A DNA stretch of 62,500 bases, the filler included, from Malassezia furfur (taxonomy: Eukaryota), in assembly GCA_052055015.1 (NCBI GenBank). It is 4 parts of 4 records of this genome, joined end to end, with 100 filler letters (N's around TTAATTAATTAA, not from the genome) between each part and the next. Parts side by side here need not be neighbours in the genome. Positions count along the whole stretch, not along the records: positions 31,340 to 46,879 come from JBQJIT010000269.1; positions 46,980 to 62,500 come from JBQJIT010000270.1; 2 more parts are not named here. One strand, given 5' to 3'. Shown here one piece after another: positions 43,333 through 54,426 of the stretch (its first letter is position 1; each line of letters opens with the position of its first letter). The notes beneath the pieces were generated by a model, which did not search any database, had not been told where the DNA came from, and saw only the letters and a list, made by a program, of their open reading frames with translations. The position numbers and the translations under genes are program-made.

Positions 43333-44271
43333 ATGGTCGATCCGGCTCCGACGCTGGCCGTGGATGTGCACGACCTAAGCTACCAGTTTGGGCCCCAAGC
43401 CGCGAATGCGCTCGAGGGATGCACGCTACGTCTGCAGCCTGGCGCACGGTGCTTGTTGATCGGTGCCAATGGCGCTGGGAAAAGCACTCTGCTACGTCTC
43501 TTAGCAGGAAAACGGCTCGCAGATGCCAACATCAAGGTATTCGGACAGGATGTATTCCGTTCCCCGCCGCGCGGCATCACTTACTTGGGAACGGAGTGGG
43601 CGATGAATCCGGTGGTGCGCAGCGACATCACGGTCGCCTACTTCTTGGACTCGGTCGGCGGCTTCCGTCATGCCGAGCGTCGCGACCGCTTGCTCGACTT
43701 GCTCGATGTGGATCTTTCATGGCGGATGCACGCAATCAGTGATGGAGAGCGCCGGCGTGTACAACTCTGCATGGGGCTGATGGAACCGTACCGTTTGTTG
43801 CTCCTCGATGAGGTCACCGTCGACCTCGACGTGCAGGTACGCTGTGACTTGCTCGACTTTTTGAAAGAAGAGAGCGAACAGCGCGGTGCGACCATTGTGT
43901 ACGCAACGCACATCTTCGATGGCATCCATCACTTTCCTACCGATATTGTACATATCCAATTGGGCCGTACGGTATCGGACATGCCTCTTCCCTGGCCTAT
44001 CCGCCTCTCGCCCGAGCTTCCCGAGACGGTGTATGCGGTTCTTCCGCGCATCCTGCGCGAGAGCATCGCTGCGGGCCATGTGCCGACGCAAGAGCTCTCA
44101 CTGCTGGACCTCGCTCTGGCGTGGCTGCGTGAAGACCGCGTTTTACGGGAACAACAAGAGCGTTCTCGTGGAATCAAGCGCGGTCGAGCGCTGCGTGGAC
44201 CGGACGAGGAAACCACTGACGCCAAAAAGTTCTTCCGGCAGTACGACTACTACACGAACTATACGCGGTAA
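43333..44271 (+). CDS. CAF16: Soluble ABC ATPase Caf16-like
   Basis: GANGAGKST, TYLGTEW, SDGERRRVQ, LLLDEVTVDLD, YATHIFDG. Confidence 0.88.
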   Translation: MVDPAPTLAVDVHDLSYQFGPQAANALEGCTLRLQPGARCLLIGANGAGKSTLLRLLAGKRLADANIKVFGQDVFRSPPRGITYLGTEWAMNPVVRSDITVAYFLDSVGGFRHAERRDRLLDLLDVDLSWRMHAISDGERRRVQLCMGLMEPYRLLLLDEVTVDLDVQVRCDLLDFLKEESEQRGATIVYATHIFDGIHHFPTDIVHIQLGRTVSDMPLPWPIRLSPELPETVYAVLPRILRESIAAGHVPTQELSLLDLALAWLREDRVLREQQERSRGIKRGRALRGPDEETTDAKKFFRQYDYYTNYTR

Positions 44272-44319
44272 TATGCGTAGAGTCATAGGTACACACCTCG
44301 AGACCATTGGCAACGACTT

Positions 44320-44423
44320 GGCTGAGTGGCGCAACGGTAGCGCGTCTGATTCCAGCATGTTGGAATACAATGTCCTGCAGGGGAGTCTCCAGAAGGTTAT
44401 CCGTTCGAATCGGGTCTCGGTCA
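44320..44423 (+). tRNA. tRNA-Trp(CCA) with intron ~44356-44387
   Basis: Acceptor GGCTGAG/CTCGGTC, D stem GCGC/GCGC, anticodon CCA 44352-44354, T arm ATCCG-TTCGAAT-CGGGT, T7 Pol III terminator. Confidence 0.88.
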
Positions 44424-44520
44424 ACTTTTTTTGGTGGACTTTGGCGGTCCATTTTTTTTGGGACCCTCCACTACCCACGTGGATAGGAGGAATTTTGTCG
44501 CAGCTCTTTGACGCACGACT

Positions 44521-46350
44521 ATGGCGGGCGGAAAAGACCGCCGCAAAGGCGGCAAGCATTCCGAAGAAGCACTCAAAGTGCAGTCGGATAGCATTGCCAA
44601 GTCCACGCGATTGCCAGTGTCGCTACAGCAATCGACGCCGGAGGATACGTTGGGCATGAAGCCGCCCAAATCGCTCTCCAACATCAAGGACAAGAAGCTG
44701 CGTTCGGATCTTTCGAAGCAATATATCTCGCGCAAACGTGCAGAGCGACATGCTGAGCTTGCGGACGAATATTTGCATGGTGCAATCCCCGGAGAGGAGG
44801 CTGGGATGATTGAGCCGGAGAACGAGATGGAGCGGACGGCGCGCGTGACCCAGGCTCAGATCCAGAGCGAAGTGGGCGTGGAGACGGCGCGCAAAGGCTT
44901 TGAGCTGCACCTGGGGGGTGGGCGTGGTGGCACACCGAGCCTGGGACCCTACCGTCTGGACTATACGCGCAACGGCCGGCATCTGCTGCTTGGTGGCCGC
45001 AAAGGCCACCTGGCAGCGTTTGACTGGCAGTCGGGCAAGCTCTCGTGCGAAATCCAGTTGCGGGAGACGGTGCGGGATGTGTGCTGGCTGCACGACCAGT
45101 CTTTCTTTGCCGCTGCACAGAAGAAGTACACGTACATCTACGACCAAAATGGCCTGGAGATCCACCGGCTCAAGGACCACATCGAAGTGAACCGCCTGCA
45201 GTTTTTGCCATACCACTTCTTGCTGGCGTCGATTGGTAAAGCCGGCTACTTGAAGTACCAGGACACGTCGACGGGCCAGCTGGTCGCGTCGCACCGCACG
45301 GGCCTAGGCTCGTGTGCGACCATGGCGCAAAATCCGCTCACAGCAGTGATCCACCTGGGCCACGCCAACGGCACCGTGACGCTCTGGACACCAAACCTGT
45401 CCACGCCCGCGATTAAGATGCTCGCACACCGCGGTCCCGTATCCGGCATTGCGATCAACGCGCACGAAGGTGGGCGCGAGATGGTCACGGGCGGCCTTGA
45501 CGGACACGTTAAGGTGTGGGACATGCGCATGCTTGGCAAAGGCCCGCGGCGTGAGTGGATTACGCGCCGCCCGCCGAGTGACGTGGCGTACGCGCAGCGT
45601 GGCCTGCTCGGCGTTGCGTGGGGCTCGCACGTAAGCGTGTACCATACCCAAGCGCCGCTCGGTGCGGCGCCACCAGGCCCGTACTTGACGCACAATTTTG
45701 CACAAGAGGTGCCATTGTCCCTGCGCTTTTGCCCGTACGAGGACGTGCTAGGCGTGGGTCGTGCTTCCGGCTTCAGCAGTGTGCTGGTGCCCGGTAGCGG
45801 TGAACCGACATTCGATTCCAGCGAGGCGGATCCGTTCGAGACCAAGGCACGCCGGCGCGAGCGTGAGGTGCGCAGTCTGCTGGACAAGATCCAGCCGGAG
45901 ATGATCACGGTGGACCCGACGCTGGTGGGCCAGCTGGACACGCGGGCGTCGCGTGCGGACCAGCCAGTCGTGGCGTCCGGGGGCGGTGCAGGCGTGCCGC
46001 GCGCGGCCGATGGCACGCCATATGCCCGCTTGACGCGGGCGCAGCGGCTGCAGCTCGACGCGGCGCTCGAGACCGAGGCGGATGCCGACCTGGGTGCGGA
46101 CGAGGCGCCTGCCGTGCCGCGCAAGGGCGTGCAGCGCGAAAAGAACAAGGCCCGCGGACGCAATGCGTCGATGAAGAAGTACCTGCGCAAGAAGCGCCAA
46201 AACGTTGTGGACGCCAACACCACGGCGCTCCGCGAAAAGTACCGGCGCGAGAAGGAGCGTGCACGGCACGCGCGGCACGGTACGACGCCTGCGCACCACG
46301 AGCCGTCGGCGCTCGACGTGTTTGCCAATGTGCGCGGCCCACGCAAGTAG
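44521..46350 (+). CDS. UTP7: SSU processome WD40 protein Utp7
   Basis: YTRNGRHLLLGGRKGH, FLPYHFLL, FCPYEDVLG, VPGSGEP (BING4CT). Confidence 0.93.
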   Translation: MAGGKDRRKGGKHSEEALKVQSDSIAKSTRLPVSLQQSTPEDTLGMKPPKSLSNIKDKKLRSDLSKQYISRKRAERHAELADEYLHGAIPGEEAGMIEPENEMERTARVTQAQIQSEVGVETARKGFELHLGGGRGGTPSLGPYRLDYTRNGRHLLLGGRKGHLAAFDWQSGKLSCEIQLRETVRDVCWLHDQSFFAAAQKKYTYIYDQNGLEIHRLKDHIEVNRLQFLPYHFLLASIGKAGYLKYQDTSTGQLVASHRTGLGSCATMAQNPLTAVIHLGHANGTVTLWTPNLSTPAIKMLAHRGPVSGIAINAHEGGREMVTGGLDGHVKVWDMRMLGKGPRREWITRRPPSDVAYAQRGLLGVAWGSHVSVYHTQAPLGAAPPGPYLTHNFAQEVPLSLRFCPYEDVLGVGRASGFSSVLVPGSGEPTFDSSEADPFETKARRREREVRSLLDKIQPEMITVDPTLVGQLDTRASRADQPVVASGGGAGVPRAADGTPYARLTRAQRLQLDAALETEADADLGADEAPAVPRKGVQREKNKARGRNASMKKYLRKKRQNVVDANTTALREKYRREKERARHARHGTTPAHHEPSALDVFANVRGPRK

Positions 46351-46379
46351 GAATGTGCAAATTCGTCTTGTCTACTAGA

Positions 46380-46879
46380 TTACAACCAGGTTACCCACAG
46401 CAACACAAACAGGGCGAGGTACAGCGCGACCAACGTCTTGACGATCGGCCCGGTGAGCGGGAGCGTGCGCCGCTGCACGTTGCGCAGTGCCTCGAGCTCG
46501 GCGTCGGTGAGGTTGGTGCGCCCGCGTTGCTCCACGACGCGTTCGTAGCCGCGCACGGGCGCGTCCATCGCATCCCACCAGGTCTTGTTCGACGCATACT
46601 GTTGTGCGCGCTGTCCCATGGTAGCCCGCAGCGTGCGGTCGCGGATCAGGCGCTCAAGGAGGATGCTGTACGCCTGCGCACATGGCTGGAAGGACGCGGC
46701 GCTCGGCGACATGGTCGCCGCAAACTCCTTCACGCTCGGGATCGGCGTCGGCAGGCCAGGCTTGAGCGAGCTGGAGGCAGCATGCGGCACGGCGGTCTGC
46801 GTCGTGTGCAGCGGCTGCGACGCATCGCGCACCGGCAGCGCTCCAAAGCCGCGGTCGCCACGCTGCGGCGCGCGCGTCG
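46380..46879 (-). CDS. Probable GT4-family glycosyltransferase, C-terminal part (5'-truncated)
   Basis: LIRDRTLRATMGQRA...TWWDAM...GYE followed by C-terminal TM segment. Confidence 0.5.
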
Positions 46880-46979
46880 NNNNNNNNNNNNNNNNNNNNN
46901 NNNNNNNNNNNNNNNNNNNNNNNTTAATTAATTAANNNNNNNNNNNNNNNNNNNNNNNNNNNNNNNNNNNNNNNNNNNN
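46880..46979. other. Artificial contig linker
   Basis: N44-TTAATTAATTAA-N44. Confidence 0.98.
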
Positions 46980-46981
46980 AG

Positions 46982-47338
46982 CGGCACCTGGAGGCGTACA
47001 CGAACCCCAACCTGACCATCTGGGGCTACACGCGCGAAGAGGGCGGCTACCCTGCGCAATGGCCCAAGAACAAGCTCTATTCGAAGGGCTGCGACACCAC
47101 TGCGGACCGCTCGCGCCCCGGCGACCCCGACCAGCCCGAGGTGCTGGCGCCGATCATTGCGTCGCGCTCGGTGACGCTCGGCGTGTACAGCTGGTCGGCG
47201 AGCCGCGGCGGCGGTGGCGAGCAGGTCATCACGAAGCAGACGCCCATCCCCGGCGAGCCCGGCGCACGGAGCACGTTGCATGCGACGCCAAATGCGAAGC
47301 GGTCCATGGTGCGTGCGGTGCCGACGCCGACGCCGTGA
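46982..47338 (+). CDS. Kre6/Skn1 (GH16) beta-glucan synthesis protein, C-terminal part (5'-truncated)
   Basis: HLEAYTNPNLTIW...WPKNKL..GC, typical Kre6 end. Confidence 0.7.
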   Translation, partial: RHLEAYTNPNLTIWGYTREEGGYPAQWPKNKLYSKGCDTTADRSRPGDPDQPEVLAPIIASRSVTLGVYSWSASRGGGGEQVITKQTPIPGEPGARSTLHATPNAKRSMVRAVPTPTP

Positions 47339-47614
47339 GCTTGTCCCATAGACTTCCCCACCCCCCCCGCGAGCCCCGAAGATACATCACGTGATTCTGC
47401 ACAAAAAAATTCGCGGCGGCGTCGTGAGTGGCGCTGTCCGGTTGGCCTTGCGGCGCGTGATTGTGTGTCGTGCTTTGCTGTCGACCGTGTGTGTGTGGAA
47501 CGAGGCACTTTGCGACGCGCACCGTGCACCTCACTTCATTGCCTATCTCGCCGCTCGCGACTGACGTACGCGCGTGAGCCCCTGCTGTGCCCGCGAGCAA
47601 GCAGACTTTGAACG

Positions 47615-49507
47615 ATGGCGCGGGAGGACGCGATGCCGGCCTCGCACCCGCCCCCTCCGGTGCAGAACATCGCGCCATGGCCTGCGCCCGTATCGAGTGC
47701 CGTTGGCACGTCCGTGCCGTCTGATGCATCGATTGCACCCGTACCCACCGCGCCGATCACGGCGCCCGACGCGGCGCCCGACCGGCCCGTCGCGCGCGAT
47801 TTATTTGCGCCGGTCCAGGACGCGTTCCTGGACGGGATGGTGCCGCCAGCTGCGCTGCCCGGCATGGACTATACGGACGCGCGCGTCCAAGACGCGAGCG
47901 CGAACCCCAGCATGAACCTGCTGCTATCACTTACGCTGCGGCTTGTGCCGAACGACAAGACCGGCGAGCTCGGCAATGCGTTCGACTTTGCGCATACACC
48001 CACCCTGCTGCCATCAGCGAGTGCGCCGGCCGGCCTGACAGCCGTGCCTGCGGCGCCTGGCGCGCCCAGCGTGCCGTCGGGCTCGGAGCTGCTTGGCGCA
48101 GGCCTGGGCGCACCGGCCCCGGCAGCGGTGCCTGCCGCGTCACTGGCGCCGGTCGGCGTTGCGCCCGGCCTCTCGACGGACGACATGGGGAATGTCGCGA
48201 CGGCGTCCGCGACACCGATGCCACTCGCGCCGTTTGCTGGTGCCACGGAGGCCGCGGCCACGTCGTGTCTGCCAACGGCGCTCCCCGCGCTCGACTCACT
48301 GGCTTCTGCTGCGAGCGAAACGGCCGCGAGTGAGTTTGCAGATGCGTCGCTGTACGCCAACGCGGGCACGTCGACGTCGGCGCCTGCGTTGCCGTCGTAC
48401 CTCGTCGCGTCACAGACGTCACCCGCGCACTACCTGTCGATGATGCGGCAGGCGTCGCTGGGGATGCAGGCACCGCGCACCGACTCGCCGCGTGCCGCAA
48501 GCGCGAGCCCTGTCGCAACATCAAGCGCGGCACTGCTGCCGACGCCCGTCGGCACGCCGCGGTCCATGCCGGTGACGCGCACCTCGTCGGTCGACGAGAC
48601 GATCGGCACGTTTGCCCTGCCGACTGCCGACAACGACACTGCGCGGCTCGGCGGCATCAAGACCGAGGGCCGCACGGCGCTGGCCGATGCCACAGTGCGC
48701 GACGATGACGCGCAGCGCCGTGCCATCGAAGAGGCGGTGCGCAATCTGAGCACGCATCACCGCCTTGCGCAGACGGCGGCGGTGCGGCACCACCAGTGCA
48801 CGCAGGGCCTCGTGGACGACAAAAAACGCGCGGCGCCTGCGCCTGAGGGCGACGCAAAGCGCGCACGGTCGCACACGCCGACCGCCGCCGAGCTCAAGGC
48901 ACAGCTGCTGAGCAAATCGGGCGCGGTGGAGCTGGAGCGCTCGGCATCCGCGTCGGAGCTGCCGACGCACAAGCGCTTCCAGTGCCCCAAGTGCTCGCGG
49001 GCGTTTGCGCGGGCGTACAACCTCAACACGCACCTATCGACGCACGACCCGGATCCGTCCCGCGCCAAGCCGTTTTCCTGCCCGTACACCTCGTGCAAGT
49101 CGGAGGGCGGCCGGTCGTTCTCACGCAAACACGATCTGCAGCGCCACGTCGCGAGCGTGCACGAGTGGGAGCCCGAGCCGGGCCTGAACGAGAGCACGGG
49201 CGAGGTGGTCGAGGGCCACGCGAGCGGCGGCCTCGCCTCGCTCGGCCTCGGTGCGCCCGGCAAAAAGTTTCGCTGCGAGAAGTGTGCACGCGCGTTTGTG
49301 CGCCGCGATGCACTGCGCCGCCACCACTGCGAACGCGACACGAGTGCACAGGCGTCGTCTGCGAGCCCGCGCCCCGCATTTGGGCGCGACGGCGACGCGC
49401 CGCATCCCATCGCCTTCCAGCTCATGACCGGCGCGGATGCCAAGGCACACGAAACACAGTCCGCGTCCGGGACGCCGCCGGTCTCGGCGATCCGCGTCGC
49501 GCGCTGA
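47615..49507 (+). CDS. C2H2 zinc-finger transcription factor
   Basis: Three fingers: FQCPKC..RAYNLNTH, FSCPYTSC..RKHDLQRH, FRCEKC..RRDALRRH. Confidence 0.85.
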   Translation: MAREDAMPASHPPPPVQNIAPWPAPVSSAVGTSVPSDASIAPVPTAPITAPDAAPDRPVARDLFAPVQDAFLDGMVPPAALPGMDYTDARVQDASANPSMNLLLSLTLRLVPNDKTGELGNAFDFAHTPTLLPSASAPAGLTAVPAAPGAPSVPSGSELLGAGLGAPAPAAVPAASLAPVGVAPGLSTDDMGNVATASATPMPLAPFAGATEAAATSCLPTALPALDSLASAASETAASEFADASLYANAGTSTSAPALPSYLVASQTSPAHYLSMMRQASLGMQAPRTDSPRAASASPVATSSAALLPTPVGTPRSMPVTRTSSVDETIGTFALPTADNDTARLGGIKTEGRTALADATVRDDDAQRRAIEEAVRNLSTHHRLAQTAAVRHHQCTQGLVDDKKRAAPAPEGDAKRARSHTPTAAELKAQLLSKSGAVELERSASASELPTHKRFQCPKCSRAFARAYNLNTHLSTHDPDPSRAKPFSCPYTSCKSEGGRSFSRKHDLQRHVASVHEWEPEPGLNESTGEVVEGHASGGLASLGLGAPGKKFRCEKCARAFVRRDALRRHHCERDTSAQASSASPRPAFGRDGDAPHPIAFQLMTGADAKAHETQSASGTPPVSAIRVAR

Positions 49508-49544
49508 ATACCCAGGTTTTTCGCTAGACCGTGTACTATAGAGT

Positions 49545-51270
49545 TTACGCTGTGCGCGCCTTTTTGCCCGCATCGGCACGCGGCGCACGCTCGGTCGCCT
49601 CGTGCGCCAAGGCGAGACGGAGGACGGCGGCATGCTCGGTCAAAATGGTCTCGTCGCCGGCCCGCACGACGAGCGCCATGCGCTGCGGTGCCGCACCGGG
49701 CAGCGTACACGTCCGCAGCGCCTCGGCCGTATGCGCCCAGTCGCTGGGGTAGGCCGCGAGCCGCTTCTCGACGACCGCCAGCAGCACCGAAGCGACGCGC
49801 AAGTGCACCGGTGCGTCGGCCGTGACGCGTGGGCCGGGCACATCCGGCGTCTCGACCGCATCGAGGCGCGCGTTGGGCAGCGCACTCCGTTTCTGTGCCT
49901 TGGCGTAGCCCGCCGCAGGCATGCACAGCAGCCGCGCAAAGCTCATGAGGTCCTCGGGGATGTGCGCCGCTGCACGGCTCAGCGCCTTCTTTTGTGGCGC
50001 CGCTGGCTGCGTCGGGTCGAGCGCGAGCGTCGAGCCGTACGGCGCCACGTCCTCGGGCTTGCTCAGGCGGGGCAGCAAAAAGGCCTCGTCCATGCCTAGC
50101 TCCGTGCACGCCCACTCAAAGCGCGCAGCAGCGAGCGACTCGACATCCGCCTGCGGCGCGCCCGTCGCCTCGACGATCTGCGCGACCGCCGCATCCACCA
50201 CGAGCTCAGCAGGCAGCTCGACAAGGTCGCCGCGGTTCGGCTCATCGACAAAACCGTAGCGCCGCAGCAGGTCGCTGTTTGGCGGGTTGCCGTACGTGTT
50301 GAGCATCTGCTCCCCAACCTCGACGGGCTTGGTGCACCGCATCTCGAGCACCTCACGTTTGTAAAAGAGGCGCGTGTTCTCCGAGCCAAAGCGCGCATTC
50401 AGCATATCGGCCATGGGCACCATGGAGATGTCACGCACGTCCTCGTCGTCTTCTTCCTCCTCTTCACCGTCCTCCTCCTCGTCGTCGTCCTCAGCCTCGA
50501 CACCCAGCGATTCATCCGCCTCCTCATCGCCTTCCACCTCACCAGGAATGTCGCGCTGAACACTCACCTCGGCGGGCATCGAATGGATATCGGCGTCGTC
50601 CGCTTCGGCGTGCTTCAGATCGCGCTTCACGTGGAAACTGCGGCTCAGGATCGAGGAGCCCATGCGGTGATACATCGGCAGACTGTAGAACTCGGCAATT
50701 TTCCCCGACGCCTCTTCCCCCGTCGTACCCACAAACACCTCGGGGTACTGCTGGACATAGGGCAGCACACATTCGTGGTAGTCACGCTCAGCGTCTTCGT
50801 GCCCAATTTTGTCCATGACGTCCGTGCCTGCCAGCTCCTCGACCTCTTGCGGCGTCCAGAACATGGGCGTGTCAAATTTGCTTGGCATCACGTCTGCGTT
50901 AGCCTAGCGACGTACCAAAGTAGGGTCCCCACGACGGCTCCGCGCCGTGCTTCGCACGCCAGTGCTCGTACAGCAACATGAGAATCAGCGGGCACCATCC
51001 ACGCTCCACCAGCTCGGACCATGCCAGACCTTTGGGCGGCTGCGTTGCCTCGGCAGCCTGGCAAGCCGACTCGAGCTTCGAAGTCCCCAGGTTCACAAGG
51101 ATACGGCGTGGAATGCTAAACACACGCTCGTTTTCCGTAAACGTGCGCGTCGCCACGAGGCCCCGGCCCATGCCAGGCACCTGCTGCAGCTCACACCCCG
51201 CATCGATCCATCCACCGTTCGCGGTAAACCACGCAACAAACGCCGTCGCCTCAGGGTCGTGTGCCGGCAT
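49545..51270 (-). CDS. RKM4: SET-domain lysine methyltransferase (Rkm4/SETD6-like); intron 50894-50915
   Basis: GRGLVA, SWGPYF, SILSRSF, MVPMADMLNA, NTYGNPPNSDLLRRYGF. Confidence 0.83.
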
Positions 51271-51378
51271 CCTCGATCACGCGTTCCAAGCTGCGAGAAA
51301 AAAATCCAGTACAACGATCTCCGGCGGCCTGTGCATTTCTGCGTCCCGATCGGGCACCTCCACTTCCCCGTTACCACC

Positions 51379-52357
51379 ATGCCTATTCAACTTACCGTGA
51401 ATAGCCGCGGCTACATCAAGGGCGCCAACTTCCCCTTGCAAGTCAACTTGCCGGATGATGCTACGCTGTCTATGCTGAAAAACGGCGTGGCTCATCTTGT
51501 GCCCCAGCTTACGCTGGAGCGCCAGCGTATCACCGATGCGGAGAAGAAGCCGCTCGTGGGCGACGACAAGCGCCTCACGGACTTGAACGTCAAGTCGGGT
51601 GATGCGCTCCAGGTGAAAGACCTGGGTCCGCAGATCTCGTGGCGCACCGTCTTCCTTGTGGAATACGTACGTTTATACACTCACACAGTTCGGGCCGCTG
51701 TTCATCCACCCGGTCGTCTACCTGCTGGCTCCCGAGGTGTGGGGCTACTTTGGCCGCCCCTTCCAGATGTCGAGCGTGCAAGAGTACGTGTCAAAGCGCT
51801 AACTCAGAATCACGCTCGTCCTTGTGCTGATTCACTTTATCAAGCGCGAGCTCGAGACGATCTTCGTGCACCGTTTCTCCAACGCAACCATGCCCATGTT
51901 CAACATCTTTAAGAACTCGGCTCACTACTGGTTGCTTTCGGGCGTGCTTTTGGCCGTCGGTGTCTACTCGCCGTACCATGGTGCCAAGGCTGTACGCCGC
52001 ACGTTCAGTGACGACCCCAAGTTCCTCACGTTCATGGTTGCGCTGTGGACGCTGGCGGAGCTTGGCAACCTGCATTCGCACCTGATTTTGCGCTGGCTCC
52101 GTCCTGCGGGTACGCGCGTGCGCAAGATCCCCTATGGCGGTCTCTTCGGCTTGGTCAGCTGCCCGAACTACTTCTTTGAGGTGCTCGCCTGGGCGGTGAT
52201 CACTGTCATGACTACGTCGTCTGCCGCGCTTCTCTTCACGATTGTTTCTGCGGCTCAGATGACTATCTGGGCGATCAAGAAGCACAAGGCGTACCGCCGC
52301 GAGTTCGGCAACCAGTACCCTAAGGGTCGCAAGATCATGTACCCCTTCATCTTTTAG
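51379..52357 (+). CDS. TSC13: Very-long-chain enoyl-CoA reductase; two short introns (51667-51688, ~51785-51808)
   Basis: VKDLGPQISWRTVFLVEY, ETIFVHRFS-ATMP, VSCPNYFFE. Confidence 0.92.
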
Positions 52358-52391
52358 GCACGTGACGTGTGTTATTGCGACGCGTTCCTCC

Positions 52392-53840
52392 ATGCACCCC
52401 GACGTGTGCATCTCGAGCGATGCCGAGCTCGAGGCGTTTGTCGCGCCACTGCGCCCCAAGCTCGCGCTAGCAGAGACAGAGGACTCGTGGGCAAAGATAG
52501 ATGCAGCATTGATCCAACTGCGTGTGATTACCAAGTCGGGTGGCACACGCGTTCCGTCGTATGTCGACGTCATACGTGACGTTGCGCCGTGCATCACGCA
52601 GTCGCTGTTGTCCGAACGCACCAAGCTTTCTGGAACCGCATCGGATGTGCTGAACTCGATGGCGCCACGACTAGGTGAGCAATTCGCGCCACTCCTGCCT
52701 GTGTTTATGCCACCGCTGCTCCAGCTTTGCTCACGCACCAACAAAGTGGCCCTGAAACGTGCCGAAAAGAGCATTCATCTAATTTGCCGGCACTGCCAAC
52801 TTGTCCAAACGGTGCCGTACCTCGTACATGCACTCCACGAGAAGGCGCCAGCGCTGCGTGTCGTGGCCCTCGGTGCGCTCGTCGAGTTGATCGATGCCAG
52901 CGGCACAGAACGACTCCAGAAACGCGTCGGCGATATTGAACAGGTCGTGCGGAAGTACGCACGCGATGCAAACAACGAAGTGCGCGCATTGTGCCGCACT
53001 TTATATGTGCAGTATTCGACGCATTGGCCCGAGCGGCAAGAGCTGTTTGCCGCACAGCTGTCGCCCATGTCGCAGCGCTACTTGGGCAGTCAGTCTTCTG
53101 CACGTACGCACATTCCCGGATCCACTACACTGCGCTCCGCCGGGGTTCCTGGACAAAGCCGTACGGCTTCGGTTCATGCAGCGCGGAGCGCCGGTCGGGA
53201 TCCTTATCTGGTTGTGCCCCGGTCGGCACCGAAACAAGCGGTGCACACGGTCACTCGCGTTCAGCGAGTTCCTTCGCAATCCAGCTCTGTGCAATCTACG
53301 CCATCTACGCGCTCCGAACCGGATGCCGGCGTGTTTACCTCCCCTGCGACTTCGACGTCTTCAACTCGCTCCGCGTCACCGCCTGTGGCCTCACCGCCTG
53401 TGGCCAACACGCTGCCACCGCCACCGCGCCGCTTTGCAGCACCAAGTGAGGGTGTTGCATATCGCCTTGCTTTGGCGAAGGAGCAGGCGCGTGCTCGTGC
53501 CGAAAACGGCGAGCCCCGCATGCGTTCGCGTGCGTTGCTCCCAAGCGCGACATGTGGAGGTGCCCGGCGCGTCCAAGTCGCGAAGCCTGACAGTGGCCCA
53601 ACGCACGGGGCAACCGCCAAAACGGCGCATGCCGATCCTGCTATTCTGCGAACTATGGCACCGTTTATGCATGGAAATCGACCGCCAGCTTCGCCTGCAG
53701 CTGTGGTTGAGGACGGAAGTAAGCCGTGTACACCTGCGGCGAGTCCAGAGCGTGCCCAGTTTACGCCCAAGCGCCGTCCGTTTGGTGTGGTGAACGATGC
53801 GCGCACCCAAAGTCCGCATGTGAACCATGTTGTACAATAG
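52392..53840 (+). CDS. CLASP N-terminal (TOG/HEAT) domain protein
   Basis: ETEDSW, SERTKLS, LLQLCSRTNKV, DANNEVR; low-complexity tail. Confidence 0.7.
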   Translation: MHPDVCISSDAELEAFVAPLRPKLALAETEDSWAKIDAALIQLRVITKSGGTRVPSYVDVIRDVAPCITQSLLSERTKLSGTASDVLNSMAPRLGEQFAPLLPVFMPPLLQLCSRTNKVALKRAEKSIHLICRHCQLVQTVPYLVHALHEKAPALRVVALGALVELIDASGTERLQKRVGDIEQVVRKYARDANNEVRALCRTLYVQYSTHWPERQELFAAQLSPMSQRYLGSQSSARTHIPGSTTLRSAGVPGQSRTASVHAARSAGRDPYLVVPRSAPKQAVHTVTRVQRVPSQSSSVQSTPSTRSEPDAGVFTSPATSTSSTRSASPPVASPPVANTLPPPPRRFAAPSEGVAYRLALAKEQARARAENGEPRMRSRALLPSATCGGARRVQVAKPDSGPTHGATAKTAHADPAILRTMAPFMHGNRPPASPAAVVEDGSKPCTPAASPERAQFTPKRRPFGVVNDARTQSPHVNHVVQ

Positions 53841-53844
53841 AACT

Positions 53845-54259
53845 CTATACTGTCTGTCAGCCATCGGGCATACCCTCCAAGAAGTCGGCGGCCATCAACC
53901 TGGGTCAGTGACGCACGTACAGTTCCAGTGCCAGCTCGGGCGGAATTTTCCGCTCAAAATCCTTGATGGAGAATTCGGAGCGGTGAATGTTGCGTGCATG
54001 CCACTGCAGATATTCGACCACCTTCTCGAGTACTTGACCACTGGATCAGCGCATCACCTACCGGATCTGGAGCCGACATACGCCGCTCTCGGCCTCCGAG
54101 AAACCTGTGTGAGTTTGCATACTTACCGCCAGCATCCATAGAGAGCATCGTCTTGATAGTGCCGCTCAGTTCGGCCCAGGACCGGTCAATCACGAAGCGG
54201 TAACCGTCCTGCATAAGCGACGCACGTACATCGCTCACTAGCGTCACCCACGCCGCCAT
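53845..54259 (-). CDS. ELC1: Elongin C; five introns (54209-54229, 54105-54126, 54041-54061, 53900-53920, 53850-53873)
   Basis: Spliced VTLVSD|DGYRFVI..SGTIKTML..FSEA..VLEKVVEYL..IPPELALELLMAADFLEV. Confidence 0.88.
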
Positions 54260-54426
54260 CGTGCACGCTTGAGCCAACACCAGAATTCGGCCGAGGCGAT
54301 GGAGTTGCGGCGACAGAGGAAACGTGCATGATCTACCAGACTCGCAAGATCGCCGGTGGGGTTTCCAGATGCGCGTTTTGTTCTCTTTCCTCTAGTGCTC
54401 CAAATAAGGACTAGAATTCCATACGC

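Noticed and set aside
15575..46979. Three TTAATTAATTAA motifs in N runs at ~15.6-kb spacing
   Set aside because: Artificial linkers between contigs of similar, decreasing length; not a biological repeat, and cross-linker gene neighbourhoods are not real
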